In this document: one piece after another, positions 11,699 to 21,353 of the stretch
How positions within the stretch are numbered: the first letter of the stretch is position 1
Layout of the letters: each line of letters opens with the position of its first letter
Source: Candidatus Microgenomates bacterium
GTDB taxonomy: Bacteria > Patescibacteriota > Microgenomatia > JACQLA01
Length of the DNA: 64,000 bases
Assembly (NCBI GenBank): GCA_016204255.1
Contig: JACQLA010000005.1
Coordinates: forward strand, 4,339-68,338
Reading direction: 5' to 3'
Translations under genes and position numbers: made by a program
The notes under the pieces: model-generated
The model's input: the letters and a program-made list of their open reading frames with translations, nothing else
Told to the model about the DNA's origin: nothing
Databases searched by the model: none

Positions 11699-12808
11699 TC
11701 AATTACTCTTTTCCTTGTTTGACCTGTTAATTAGTTTTTCTAAAATTAACCACCTTCTTCTTTTTTCCCGATGAGGAATATTATCTTTTAATCTTGCCGC
11801 CGCCGTTTGAGGCCGTGGGGAGTACATTGAGATGTACGCTATCTCAAATCCCACCTTTTTACACAAATCGACAGTATTTTGAAATTGTTTTCCTGTCTCG
11901 CCAGGAAATCCAACAATAATATCGGTCCCAATTTTAATATCCGGAATTAATTGTTGAATCTTAGTTATTAAATCTAGATACTGCTTTGCAGTATATTTAC
12001 GATTCATTCTTTTTAAAATCTCGTCATCTCCTGATTGAACCGGCAGATGAAGATAGCGATCGATCTTAGGTAAACTTATCGCCCGGATAATATCATCAGT
12101 CAAATCCCAGGGGTTGGAAGTCATAAATTTAATCTTTTTAAGTCTCGGAATTTCGTGCAAGGCATACAGCAACAAAGCAAAAAAACTATCTTTATCACTA
12201 TAATGATATATATTATTAGAGTGGTTATACCGGTGGTGATTTTGTAAGGTGGTTTTCCCCTGGGGAGAAAAATCATTACCATAGGAGTTAACATTTTGGC
12301 CAAGAAGTGTAATTTCCCGATAGCCCCGTTTTACTAATTCTTCAACTCCGCAAATGATTTCCTCCATTGGTCTTGATCTTTCTCTTCCCCGAGAATACGG
12401 AACCACACAATAGGTACAAAAATTATTACAACCCTCCATAATCGGTACCCAAGCATGAATTGGCGAATAGCGTATAGTATATGGCGTATGGAGAGTAAAT
12501 TCTTCTATTTTTTTAAACTCATCAACTTGGGGCATCTTTTCTTGTAAGAATTTTTGAGGTAAACGCAGCATACATCCGGTAACTATTATTTTGGGTTTTT
12601 TGGCCCCTTTTTCCGATTTAATATTTTTAATAAAGCCTAAGGCTCGATCTTCGGCTGTCTGGCGGACAGAACACGTGTTGATAACTATCTCATCCGCCTC
12701 TTCAATATCTTTAGCTGGTAAAAACCCCCGACTTTGATAAAAACCGGCGATTTGTTCTGAGTCGGATTTATTCATTTGGCAGCCAAAAGTTTGAATATAA
12801 TATTTCAT
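11699..12808 (-). CDS. miaB: MiaB-like radical-SAM methylthiotransferase without a TRAM domain
   Basis: TFGCQMN, NTCSVR, CNNFCTYC, TDIIVGFPGET; start at MKYYIQ (12808). Confidence 0.88.
   Translation of the reverse strand: MKYYIQTFGCQMNKSDSEQIAGFYQSRGFLPAKDIEEADEIVINTCSVRQTAEDRALGFIKNIKSEKGAKKPKIIVTGCMLRLPQKFLQEKMPQVDEFKKIEEFTLHTPYTIRYSPIHAWVPIMEGCNNFCTYCVVPYSRGRERSRPMEEIICGVEELVKRGYREITLLGQNVNSYGNDFSPQGKTTLQNHHRYNHSNNIYHYSDKDSFFALLLYALHEIPRLKKIKFMTSNPWDLTDDIIRAISLPKIDRYLHLPVQSGDDEILKRMNRKYTAKQYLDLITKIQQLIPDIKIGTDIIVGFPGETGKQFQNTVDLCKKVGFEIAYISMYSPRPQTAAARLKDNIPHREKRRRWLILEKLINRSNKEKSN
12463..12490. repeat. Four degenerate 7-nt tandem repeats inside miaB
   Basis: GCGAATA GCGTATA GTATATG GCGTATG. 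Confidence 0.7.
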
Positions 12809-13027
12809 CTTTTTATTTCCGAGAAAAGTGTTCCTAATTTTACCACGAATAAAGAAATAGTTAAATTTATTGAGGCCGAAGAGGAAAACTTGATTTTTCC
12901 ACCAAAATATCCTATAATTCGCGTAGCGAACCAGCAGTGAACGCAAGTAAGCGCTCTAATTACGGAATAATTAATAACTTCGGTATAATACCAGAGCGTC
13001 TAATTCGATATTGAATAACCTATAGCT

Positions 13028-13627
13028 ATGAAAATTACTAGTTTGTTTATCGCCTTTCTTTTTGTGTGCATGTTCTTTTTATGGACGGCTCCTCAAGCAC
13101 GAGCTTCTGAGGGAAAGGTAGAACTTCGGAGCAATACGGGTCAAAACGACCGCTGCTTAGTCACGTCTACTTTTATGAAAGAACTAAATTATACTCTTTT
13201 GGTAAATTGCCGCGATCTTACATATCCGCCTGCGCCAGACAAACTTGCTTATGTCCTTTGGTCAATTCCTGTCAGCGGCAACAAACCCGAAAAAATCGGT
13301 GAATTAGGTCTTGGAAAAGCAGAATTTAAAACTAAAAATGCCTTCTCCACCCTTTTTGTGACCAAGGAAGTCAGCCTTAATGTCCAAAATCCATCTGAAC
13401 CTGTTGTATTACAAGGACGAGTTGAGACAATCGATTTTTTGGGCGCGCCAACCAGTCCTACGCCTACTCCAATCATCACTAGCCCGACACCTTCATCTAT
13501 AGCTACAGGGGGCGGACAGTTAATTTCGACTATCCGACGAATTGCCACAATATTTTTAATAAGTCTTTTTGTCATTATTATTTTTGCTGCGGCTATAATC
13601 ATTACTCTTCGAAGATCTCGTAGCTAA
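13028..13627 (+). CDS. Exported protein with RskA-C-like beta domain, PT linker and C-terminal TM anchor
   Basis: Signal peptide (ARA-S); PPAPDKLAYVLWSIP...PEKIG; PTSPTPTP; hydrophobic helix plus RRSRS. Confidence 0.6.
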   Translation: MKITSLFIAFLFVCMFFLWTAPQARASEGKVELRSNTGQNDRCLVTSTFMKELNYTLLVNCRDLTYPPAPDKLAYVLWSIPVSGNKPEKIGELGLGKAEFKTKNAFSTLFVTKEVSLNVQNPSEPVVLQGRVETIDFLGAPTSPTPTPIITSPTPSSIATGGGQLISTIRRIATIFLISLFVIIIFAAAIIITLRRSRS

Positions 13628-13628
13628 G

Positions 13629-14429
13629 CTAGCTTGAGGCAGAAGAGTAGTGTCTCAAAGAGAATTTCCAAAACCATAGACTTACTCCAAAAAAAGTTAT
13701 TCCCAAAACCAGGGCAACTAAAACAAGGTTAAAAGATAATAGATTCATTATGGCCTTTGCCGGAAAAGTGACCATCACCCCTATAGGAACGACAAATGTT
13801 AAAAAACCACGAATAGGCTCCCGATAGATATCAATTGGCAAACGACCCATATTTGAAAGATCCCGATAAAGCATTATCGTGTTGTCTACCTCGGTGGTCA
13901 AAACCCCAATAGCCGCCACCAACGTATGAAAAGCAATGGATATTAAAAACGCATTAAAAACTAAGAGTAAATAAAGAAAAATATTCTCGAGAGCAAGCGG
14001 CCCTAGTTTCCCGGCGGCGTAGATTAGAAAAATGATTAAAGGCGGCAATGATAAAAGATCAAGAATATCTGCGCCACCGGCTAAAACACGAAACAGAGGA
14101 TTAATTGGTTTAACTAAAACTAAATCAAAATTGCCGCTTACAACCAACAATCGGAATCTATAAACCTCACGCAAAAAAAATTGGGTCAAAGAATCAATAA
14201 GATTGAATGTTAAAAAGAAAAATGCCACTTGCCAAAGATTATAACCGGCAATAATTTTTGTTTGACTGGTTAAAAGTAGAAGAAAAATAAAGAAAAAAAT
14301 AAAGCGTAAAATCTTTCCGGTAAAGAAAAAGGCTGCTCCAAAACGGGAAATTAACGAAACCGATAATGAAGCAGTTGTCATTATCCACCAAATTTTCAGA
14401 TATCGTTTCAAAAAGACCAAAGAAATCAC
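13629..14429 (-). CDS. ABC-2 family permease (DUF990-like)
   Basis: GNFDLVLVKPINPL and PIDIY motifs; GTG start overlapping the upstream TGA. Confidence 0.88.
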   Translation of the reverse strand: MISLVFLKRYLKIWWIMTTASLSVSLISRFGAAFFFTGKILRFIFFFIFLLLLTSQTKIIAGYNLWQVAFFFLTFNLIDSLTQFFLREVYRFRLLVVSGNFDLVLVKPINPLFRVLAGGADILDLLSLPPLIIFLIYAAGKLGPLALENIFLYLLLVFNAFLISIAFHTLVAAIGVLTTEVDNTIMLYRDLSNMGRLPIDIYREPIRGFLTFVVPIGVMVTFPAKAIMNLLSFNLVLVALVLGITFFGVSLWFWKFSLRHYSSASS

Positions 14430-15223
14430 TTCCCCTCCGCAGAATAAACTCTTAGACCTTTTTCCCAAACTCTGTTAACGATCTGGCTAAAAATTAGAAT
14501 CCAGATAAAAGAAATAAACAAACTTTGAATAACTTGAAAATTATTCAGCTGCCCTAAATAAATTTTTAACGGAAAAAATTCTAGATAAGAAAGCGGTAAA
14601 AATTTAACTATTCTGTATAAAAATTCCGGTAAAATATCCAAAGGAAATAGTCCTCCCGCAAAAAATTCAACCAAAATGAAGAATATGAAGCGTGGTGCCC
14701 ACACCTCTGGGCTCCAAAAAGCCACCAAACCCAAAAGAAAATTAATGTAAAAGTAAAGAACAATAGCCAAAATAACGCTGGCAATAAAAAATAAGAGATT
14801 AATAATATCAGTTTGTAAAAACAATGGAGGCCTTAAAAGAATGATAATTAAGGTTAACTCAAAAATGGCAAAACTTATATTCATTGATTTATCGGCTAGG
14901 TCGCGGGTAAACCAATATTTAAGATAGCTTATGGGTTTAAGCAAAAAATTGGTTAGATTCCCCTGGTTAATTTCGTCTCCCACACTAATGGTTCTTGAAG
15001 AAAAAACAATAGCGCGTAAAATTGCTGTCCCCAAAATATAGGTTAAAAGCAGCGATTGACTATAACCAAAAATCTCGCCCTTTTGGTTTTGGAAAATTGA
15101 CCACCAAAGAAAGTAAATTGCCAATAGCTGTAAAACCGTCCTCACTCGCCACATTATAAAATTAAGTCGGTAGGTAAAATATTCATCCCAGGTATTTTTA
15201 AAAACTTGCCAATATTTTTTCAT
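14426..15223 (-). CDS. ABC-2 family permease
   Basis: YRLNF, GNLTNFLLKPISY, GGLFPLDILP. Confidence 0.9.
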   Translation of the reverse strand: MKKYWQVFKNTWDEYFTYRLNFIMWRVRTVLQLLAIYFLWWSIFQNQKGEIFGYSQSLLLTYILGTAILRAIVFSSRTISVGDEINQGNLTNFLLKPISYLKYWFTRDLADKSMNISFAIFELTLIIILLRPPLFLQTDIINLLFFIASVILAIVLYFYINFLLGLVAFWSPEVWAPRFIFFILVEFFAGGLFPLDILPEFLYRIVKFLPLSYLEFFPLKIYLGQLNNFQVIQSLFISFIWILIFSQIVNRVWEKGLRVYSAEGK

Positions 15224-16207
15224 TTAGCCCTGCTTTTCTGTGGAAAAAATTTGCCGAATTACTTCCTCAATTGGTGGCTCTTCGATATTTAAATCGGCAA
15301 TAGGGAAGTTTTGAAGAAGCTCGGCGGCTGCAACGTTAGATGATTCTCTTGGAACCATAAGTGTTGCCTGAGGAAAATCAAGATTTCTTATTTGACCAAT
15401 CTTAGATACTTTTTGAGTATCCACGGGTTGACTGAAGGTCACAGACAGAAGTTTATAATCGGCAAACTTTTTAACGATTTCTCCAAGCAAACCATCATAA
15501 AGAATTCTTCCTTTTTCAATAATGATTACCCGCCGGCAAAGCTTTTCCACATCACCCATATAATGGCTGGTTAAAAGGATTGTGGATTTAAAATGACGAT
15601 TATATTCGCGGATAAAATCTTGGATTCGCTCTTGCATAATTACATCTAAACCAATCGTGGGTTCGTCCAAAAATAAAATTTTTGGGCGATGAAGAAGAGC
15701 CGCGATAAGTTCACAGCGCATTCGCTGTCCTAAAGAAAGTTTGCGACTGGGAACATTAATAAAATCGCTGGCATCTAAAAGATCAACTAAATCATGAAGG
15801 TTATTTTTAAACTCGGCCTCGTTAAGTTCATAAATTTCCTTGTTTAAAAGGAACGTTTCCATTGGCGGAAGATCCCACCAAAGCTGGTTTTTTTGGCCCA
15901 TTACAAAGGCAATTTGCTTCAAAAACTCTTTCTCTCGCTCAAAAGGAGTAAATCCCAGAATATCAATTTCGCCACCGGTGGGATATAAGAGCCCCGCCAG
16001 ACATTTTAAAGTCGTCGTTTTCCCCGCACCATTTGGGCCAATAAAACCGACTAATTCGCCTTCGCCTATTTCAAAAGAAACTTTTTCAACCGCTTTAATC
16101 AGGTTGTAACGACGGTTAATTAAAGAGGCAATCGAGTTCCAGACTCCTGCCTCTCTTTGATAAACTCTGTAATTTTTCTGGAGATTCTTAACAAGAATTA
16201 TTTCCAT
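15224..16207 (-). CDS. ABC transporter ATP-binding protein
   Basis: GPNGAGKTT, LSLGQRMR, LFLDEPTIGLD; ATG at 16207. Confidence 0.93.
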   Translation of the reverse strand: MEIILVKNLQKNYRVYQREAGVWNSIASLINRRYNLIKAVEKVSFEIGEGELVGFIGPNGAGKTTTLKCLAGLLYPTGGEIDILGFTPFEREKEFLKQIAFVMGQKNQLWWDLPPMETFLLNKEIYELNEAEFKNNLHDLVDLLDASDFINVPSRKLSLGQRMRCELIAALLHRPKILFLDEPTIGLDVIMQERIQDFIREYNRHFKSTILLTSHYMGDVEKLCRRVIIIEKGRILYDGLLGEIVKKFADYKLLSVTFSQPVDTQKVSKIGQIRNLDFPQATLMVPRESSNVAAAELLQNFPIADLNIEEPPIEEVIRQIFSTEKQG

Positions 16208-16223
16208 CGATGAAAACACATAC

Positions 16224-16257
16224 AGAGAGAAACCCAAATAGACTTTGGGTTCTCTCT
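16224..16257. terminator. Strong hairpin, probable terminator downstream of hup and the mini-element
   Basis: AGAGAGAAACCCAAA-TAGAC-TTTGGGTTCTCTCT. Confidence 0.6.
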
Positions 16258-16271
16258 TTAGGGATTTTAAA

Positions 16272-16428
16272 CAAACCTCTTCGGACTGAAAGTCCGAAGT
16301 TTTCTTTTCAAAGTTTACATGAGTCCTGTAAAAAACTCGAGTCTTCCAGTTTTACTCCTGCTTACCGAAGAAGTATTTAATCTTTGCCTTCATCTCCCCG
16401 ATTAAATCGGGGAGTTTTCGGCAAGACG
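16272..16428 (-). mobile_element. Non-autonomous IS200/IS605-family-like mini-element (ends approximate)
   Basis: Minus strand: AAAACTCCCCGATTTAATCGGGGAGATGAA left-end-type hairpin, about 95 nt spacer, then TGAAAAGAAAACTTCGGACTTTCAGTCCGAAGAGG right-end-type hairpin; no ORF. Confidence 0.6.
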
Positions 16429-16436
16429 ATTATAAC

Positions 16437-16709
16437 TTAACGAATTGCCTTCTTTAAGGCCTTACCGGCAGTGAAACCGGGAGTTTTTCTCGCCGCGATA
16501 GTTATCACTTCACCGCTGCGAGGATTTCTTCCTTTTCGACTGGCACGGGAACGTACCATAAAAGTCCCAAACCCAGTTATTACAACCTTTTCGCTTCTTT
16601 TAAGGCTATCACGAATAGTATCTAAAAATGCTGCTACTGCTTCTCGGGAAGCTTTACTAGTAAGATCAGCTTTTTTTGCCACCGCTTCAATGAGATCCGC
16701 TTTAGTCAT
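16437..16709 (-). CDS. hup: DNA-binding protein HU
   Basis: MTKADLI...GFGTF...RKGRNPRSGE...PGFTAGKALK; SD GGAGG. Confidence 0.96.
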   Translation of the reverse strand: MTKADLIEAVAKKADLTSKASREAVAAFLDTIRDSLKRSEKVVITGFGTFMVRSRASRKGRNPRSGEVITIAARKTPGFTAGKALKKAIR

Positions 16710-16943
16710 TTCTCTCACCTCCCTCCAGGCAGATAACTTCTTTCTAAAGTCGATTTTCTTTTTGAAAAATTCGACCTAGGTTAAATCCAAAAAAACGATA
16801 GCATATCTAATTTAAAATGTAAAGGTTTAATGCGCTAAAAATTGATTTTTAGGATCGACTTCAAAAGGGGTTTTTCTACACCACGCTAGAAATGAAGAAA
16901 ACGGGTCTCCTTGATAATATTCTGAGTCCGAGGCCCAAAACGA

Positions 16944-18467
16944 CTATTTTGCGACTTCAGTGGCCCGCAGCTCCCGAATCACAGTAACTTTTATTTGTCC
17001 GGGATAAGTCAGCTGTTTTTCGATTTCATCCTTAATCGTTTTGCTTAATATAATTGCGGTTGCATCATCAACTTTCCCCGGATCAACAATTACCCGCAGT
17101 TCTCTACCTGCCTGGAAGGCATAAGCCCCAACCACTCCCTGCTGTTTTTGAGCAATTGCCTCAAGATCGGTTAAACGTTTAATGTATTCTCCGTAGTCCT
17201 CTAAACGAGCACCAGGCCGCGCGCCGGAAATCGCATCAGCAATGTAAACCAACACTGATTCTAAAGAAGAGAAGGGCTTGTCTTCGTGATGCTCTTCAAC
17301 GCAAGCGATAACCTTAGGAGGCATATTATTTTTTCTCAAAAGATCGACAGCAAGTTGCACATGACTCCCCTCCTCATCAGTAATCACTTTGCCAATATCA
17401 TGCAGAAGACAACCAAGTCTAACTACATTTACTTCTGCCCCCAACTCTCTGGCCAAAGCTATCCCTATCTGTGTCTCCTCAAGGGTATGAGCGATCATAT
17501 TTTGGCCGTAAGAAAAGCGGTATTTAAATCTTCCCAAAAGACTAACCTTGTCTGCGGGTAAATTGTAGACTCCAACCGCATGGCACAGTTTTTCCCCTTC
17601 TTCAAACATAATTTTTTCAATATCCTTTTTAGTTTTAGCAACCATTTCCTCAATTCTGGCCGGCTGGATTCTTCCGTCGGCGATCAAGCGTTCTAAAGAA
17701 ACTTTGGCAATCTCGCGCCTGACGGGATCAAAAGAAGAAAGGCGAATCTCTCCCGGAGTTTCATCGATATCAAAATCAACGCCCGTGGCCTGCTCTAAGG
17801 CTTTGATATTCCTTCCTTCCTTACCAATAATGCGTCCCTTTATTTCCTCATCAGCCAGTTTAATCGTGGAGACTGTATATTCGGCTACATAATCTGTGGC
17901 TCCATGAAGCATGGCATCGGCAAGAATTTCGCGGGCTTTTTTACTAGCCTCTTCTTTGGCTTGAGCTTCGGCCTCCTTAATCCTTTTGGCCTTTTCTTCA
18001 CGGAGATAATTATCGAGGGAATCAAGAATTAGCTTTTTTGCTTCTTCAGAAGTTAGACCGGCTGCTCTTTCAAGTTTAGCTAACTGTTCTTGTTTAACTT
18101 TTTCAATCTCGGAGATCTTATTTTTTAACTCATCTTCCTTAGATCTTAGATGATTTTCTTTTTCCTCCAAAGAGGTGATACGCCGCTCAAGGCTTTCTTC
18201 TTTTTGGGTCAACCGTTGTTGAAGTAGCAAAACTTCATTTCTTACCCTTCGCGCTTCTTCCTCCGCTTCCTTACGAATTTTAAAAGCCTCATTTTGAGCT
18301 TCCAAAAGAATTTCCTGAGCGCGGATTTGAAATTTATCGGATGTCGTTTCCTGGGGAACTCTTTTTTTAACTTCTTCTTTAACTTCTTCTCTTCTGACTT
18401 TTTCTACCTTTGGTCTTTTTTCTTTCTGTCCGACAATAGTCTTTAAACGACTGAAAAACGATGGCAT
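16944..18467 (-). CDS. rny: Ribonuclease Y
   Basis: Coiled coil, KH motif KGRIIGKEGRNI, HD motif LLHDIGK, TYPGQIKVTVIRE. Confidence 0.96.
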   Translation of the reverse strand: MPSFFSRLKTIVGQKEKRPKVEKVRREEVKEEVKKRVPQETTSDKFQIRAQEILLEAQNEAFKIRKEAEEEARRVRNEVLLLQQRLTQKEESLERRITSLEEKENHLRSKEDELKNKISEIEKVKQEQLAKLERAAGLTSEEAKKLILDSLDNYLREEKAKRIKEAEAQAKEEASKKAREILADAMLHGATDYVAEYTVSTIKLADEEIKGRIIGKEGRNIKALEQATGVDFDIDETPGEIRLSSFDPVRREIAKVSLERLIADGRIQPARIEEMVAKTKKDIEKIMFEEGEKLCHAVGVYNLPADKVSLLGRFKYRFSYGQNMIAHTLEETQIGIALARELGAEVNVVRLGCLLHDIGKVITDEEGSHVQLAVDLLRKNNMPPKVIACVEEHHEDKPFSSLESVLVYIADAISGARPGARLEDYGEYIKRLTDLEAIAQKQQGVVGAYAFQAGRELRVIVDPGKVDDATAIILSKTIKDEIEKQLTYPGQIKVTVIRELRATEVAK

Positions 18468-18632
18468 ACATCCTCCTTAATAAGCTCTGGTAAACTTGTT
18501 AAATGGAAAACAACGAGGAGAACAAGTTAAAGACGTTCGCGGTAAAAATGATTAAAAGATATTTTGCTTAGTGAATTTCTCATGAAATTTTTTAATTTAA
18601 CCTGTTGCCCTCGAAATTTTACCAGTTAAATT

Positions 18633-19262
18633 TTACTCTTTCCCCGAGATTTCGTCAACAGCACTTTTTATGACCTCCCAACTAAAACCCTGTCTCATTA
18701 AATATTTAGTTATTTTTTCTTTCACCGCTTGGGGAGGCAATTTCTGCCAAATGGAAAGCTTCTTTTTTAGTAATTTTTCCGCCGTCTGTTTATCACTATT
18801 TACTAAATTACTCTCTTTAATTTGCGCAATTAATTCTTGGGAAATCCCTTTTTGTCTCAATTCTTGCAATAATGCCCGATAAGACCGGGGTCGCAAAATA
18901 TTTCTCTGCTCAATCCACCAACGGGTAAATTCCCAATCATCCAGGAATTTATCTTTTTCAAGCTCTTCAACAATTTTTTTCGATTCTTCTTCGTCAACTT
19001 TTTTCCGCGAGAGAAAATCAATAACTTCTTTTTTGGTTCGCGGGCGGAAAGATAAAAATTTAAAAACTTTATCAAGGATTTTTTTCCTTCCAGAGATCTC
19101 AAAAAGATTCTCAAGTTGATTTGGAAAAATTTCCTGTCCCACGTCTAGTTTTTCGGCAAGAACAGTTTCTAAATCTAAACCGAGAATAAATTTATCATCA
19201 ATATAAAGATTCATTCTGGCGGAATTTTTCTTTTGAGGTATTAAAGCAGTAATTTTCCCCAC
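18633..19262 (-). CDS. recX: Regulatory protein RecX
   Basis: Directly downstream of recA; LSFRPRT, ELRQKGI, YLMRQGFS. Confidence 0.9.
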   Translation of the reverse strand: MGKITALIPQKKNSARMNLYIDDKFILGLDLETVLAEKLDVGQEIFPNQLENLFEISGRKKILDKVFKFLSFRPRTKKEVIDFLSRKKVDEEESKKIVEELEKDKFLDDWEFTRWWIEQRNILRPRSYRALLQELRQKGISQELIAQIKESNLVNSDKQTAEKLLKKKLSIWQKLPPQAVKEKITKYLMRQGFSWEVIKSAVDEISGKE

Positions 19263-19269
19263 GGGGAAT

Positions 19270-20325
19270 TTAAGCGGCCAGCGCTTCCTCTTTCAGTTCC
19301 TTACCCATCACCACTGAAACTTGGGTGGTTTTTGCTTTTTTCCAAATTGCGTCTTCAATGTCTTTGGCCAAACTTTTCTTCTCACTCAGAGTCATCTTAG
19401 CGGCTTCTTTTCCTTGACCAAGCATTATATCATTAAATTTAAAGAAGGCTCCGGATTTATTAATGACGCCCATCTCCACTCCGACATCAATCAGACCGCC
19501 CTCTTTGGAAATACCACTGGCCATGATATCAAATTCGGCCATTCTAAAAGGAGGGGCCACTTTATTTTTAACAATTTTAACCCGATGCCGCGAACCGATA
19601 ACCCGATCACCATCTTTAAGAGTTTCTATCTTGCGGGTATCAAGTCTAACTGAGGCATAGAATTTCATAGCCAAACCTCCGGGAGTTGTTTCCGGATTAC
19701 CAAACATCACCCCAATTTTTTGGCGAAGCTGATTAGTAAAAATTACGACCGTTTTTGATTTGGAAATAACCCCGGTTAATTTCCTTAACGCTTGCGACAT
19801 TAAACGAGCTTGGACCCCAACCATTGCATCACCCATCTCCCCTTCAATTTCCGCCCGGGGCACTAAAGCCGCAACCGAGTCAATAACTAAAACATCAACT
19901 CCACCGGAGCGAATTAAGGTTTCAGCAATTTCCAAGGCCTGTTCACCAGTGTCCGGTTGAGAAATTATAAGATCATCAAGTTTAACCCCAATTATTTGAG
20001 CCCAAAGCGGATCTAAAGCATGCTCAGCATCAATAAAAGCCACCACTCCGCCTTCTTTTTGTGCCTGAGCAATAACCTTTAAAGTAAGTGTGGTTTTGCC
20101 GGACGCCTCCGGGCCGAAAATCTCGATAATTCGCCCGCGCGGTAAACCACCAACACCCAAAGCAAGATCTAGGGGAATCACATCGGTGGGGATAACTTCA
20201 ATTTGTATTTTGAAGCCGCTTTCTCCAAGTTTCATAATAGCACCCTTACCGTATTGCTTCTCAATCTGTTCCATTGCCAAGCGGATTGTTTGAAGTTTAG
20301 CGTTCTTATCGTTGTTGCTGGTCAT
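19270..20325 (-). CDS. recA: Recombinase RecA
   Basis: [35 protein letters not shown]. Confidence 0.99.
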   Translation of the reverse strand: MTSNNDKNAKLQTIRLAMEQIEKQYGKGAIMKLGESGFKIQIEVIPTDVIPLDLALGVGGLPRGRIIEIFGPEASGKTTLTLKVIAQAQKEGGVVAFIDAEHALDPLWAQIIGVKLDDLIISQPDTGEQALEIAETLIRSGGVDVLVIDSVAALVPRAEIEGEMGDAMVGVQARLMSQALRKLTGVISKSKTVVIFTNQLRQKIGVMFGNPETTPGGLAMKFYASVRLDTRKIETLKDGDRVIGSRHRVKIVKNKVAPPFRMAEFDIMASGISKEGGLIDVGVEMGVINKSGAFFKFNDIMLGQGKEAAKMTLSEKKSLAKDIEDAIWKKAKTTQVSVVMGKELKEEALAA

Positions 20326-20390
20326 ATCAAATTTTACACCTTAAGCGCTCTCATTTTACTATATTTATGGTAAAATACAAGCGGTATAAA

Positions 20391-20467
20391 CGGGGTGTAG
20401 TTCAGTTGGCTAGAATGCACGCATGGGGTGCGTGAGGTCGGCGGTTCGAGTCCGCCCACCCCGACCA
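20391..20467 (+). tRNA. tRNA-Pro(GGG)
   Basis: Acceptor CGGGGTG/CACCCCG, anticodon arm CACGC-ATGGGGT-GCGTG, GGTTCGAG T-arm, encoded CCA. Confidence 0.97.
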
Positions 20468-20495
20468 AAAATGATTCTATACTTATTCCCCCTGA

Positions 20496-20523
20496 ATTCA
20501 AGGCCCTAAAAGGGGCCTTGAAT
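20496..20523. terminator. Hairpin between convergent tRNA-Pro and CDS
   Basis: ATTCAAGGCCC-TAAAAG-GGGCCTTGAAT. Confidence 0.65.
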
Positions 20524-20550
20524 AAAAACTTCAAATTCCCAAATTTACCA

Positions 20551-21240
20551 TTAAGGCTGGAGTTTCTCCGGAAATTGTTTTACTATTCCGTCTGAAAATG
20601 CGTCTGCCATTCGTAGCGCCTGATCATGGATTCTATCATAATCGGCTATTCCAGCATCAAAATTTCCGTTGGCCATATCCATCGCTTCTTGTTTTGTCAA
20701 ATCAACATGTTCCCGCAGCGCACCAGTTACCGTTTCTGCTGGCCAATTTGGATTAACACTGCTCAAAAGAGTCCCTATCTCACCTGCGTTTTGATACGCT
20801 TTATTGGTGATGTCGGTTACAGCCGTTTGATCATTGACCTTGATTGCCCGGGTTAACTCAATAAATCCTACAATATGCGCCTGCAGCAACTGAGTCAACT
20901 TATTTCCCGATTCCTCCCCATAATAAGGTTTAATTGCAGTCCCAATATCCTCCTGATTTTTAAGTAGTCTTGCGGCTACATTACGGGCATCCGGTGAGTT
21001 GTTGATTTCACTTATCAGATAAATCCGAGTCCAAGTAATATGGTCTTCCCAAAGTTTCCGCATGTCCATTCTCAGCATCATTTCTTGAATTGAAATGGTT
21101 GTTTTAACCGGCTGAGTCTGAGTTTGAGGCTGAACAGTGCTCATACTTGGCTGAGCTTGGGACATAGTTTTTTCTCCGCCACCGAAAACTGCCAATACTA
21201 AAAGACTACCCGCTACAACCCCCATCACAATATTTTTCAT
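20551..21240 (-). CDS. Exported His-containing helical-bundle protein of unknown function
   Basis: Signal/TM segment, then MRKLWEDHITWTR, RLLKNQEDIG, PYYGEE, LREHVDLT; SD before ATG 21240. Confidence 0.7.
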   Translation of the reverse strand: MKNIVMGVVAGSLLVLAVFGGGEKTMSQAQPSMSTVQPQTQTQPVKTTISIQEMMLRMDMRKLWEDHITWTRIYLISEINNSPDARNVAARLLKNQEDIGTAIKPYYGEESGNKLTQLLQAHIVGFIELTRAIKVNDQTAVTDITNKAYQNAGEIGTLLSSVNPNWPAETVTGALREHVDLTKQEAMDMANGNFDAGIADYDRIHDQALRMADAFSDGIVKQFPEKLQP

Positions 21241-21353
21241 TCTTCTCACCCCCTTCCAAAGAAACAAAAGCTATTTTTCAGCTTTATTTTAACTTTCTTT
21301 TATAAAAGGGGGAACTATAGAAATGTAAGAAAATTATAAGAACAGTGCTTATT

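Noticed and set aside
18468..18632. Possible 6S RNA upstream of rny
   Set aside because: Only one short hairpin (AACTTGTT/AACAAGTT); no long rod with a central bubble.
20334..20534. 66-aa ORF
   Set aside because: Antisense shadow of tRNA-Pro.
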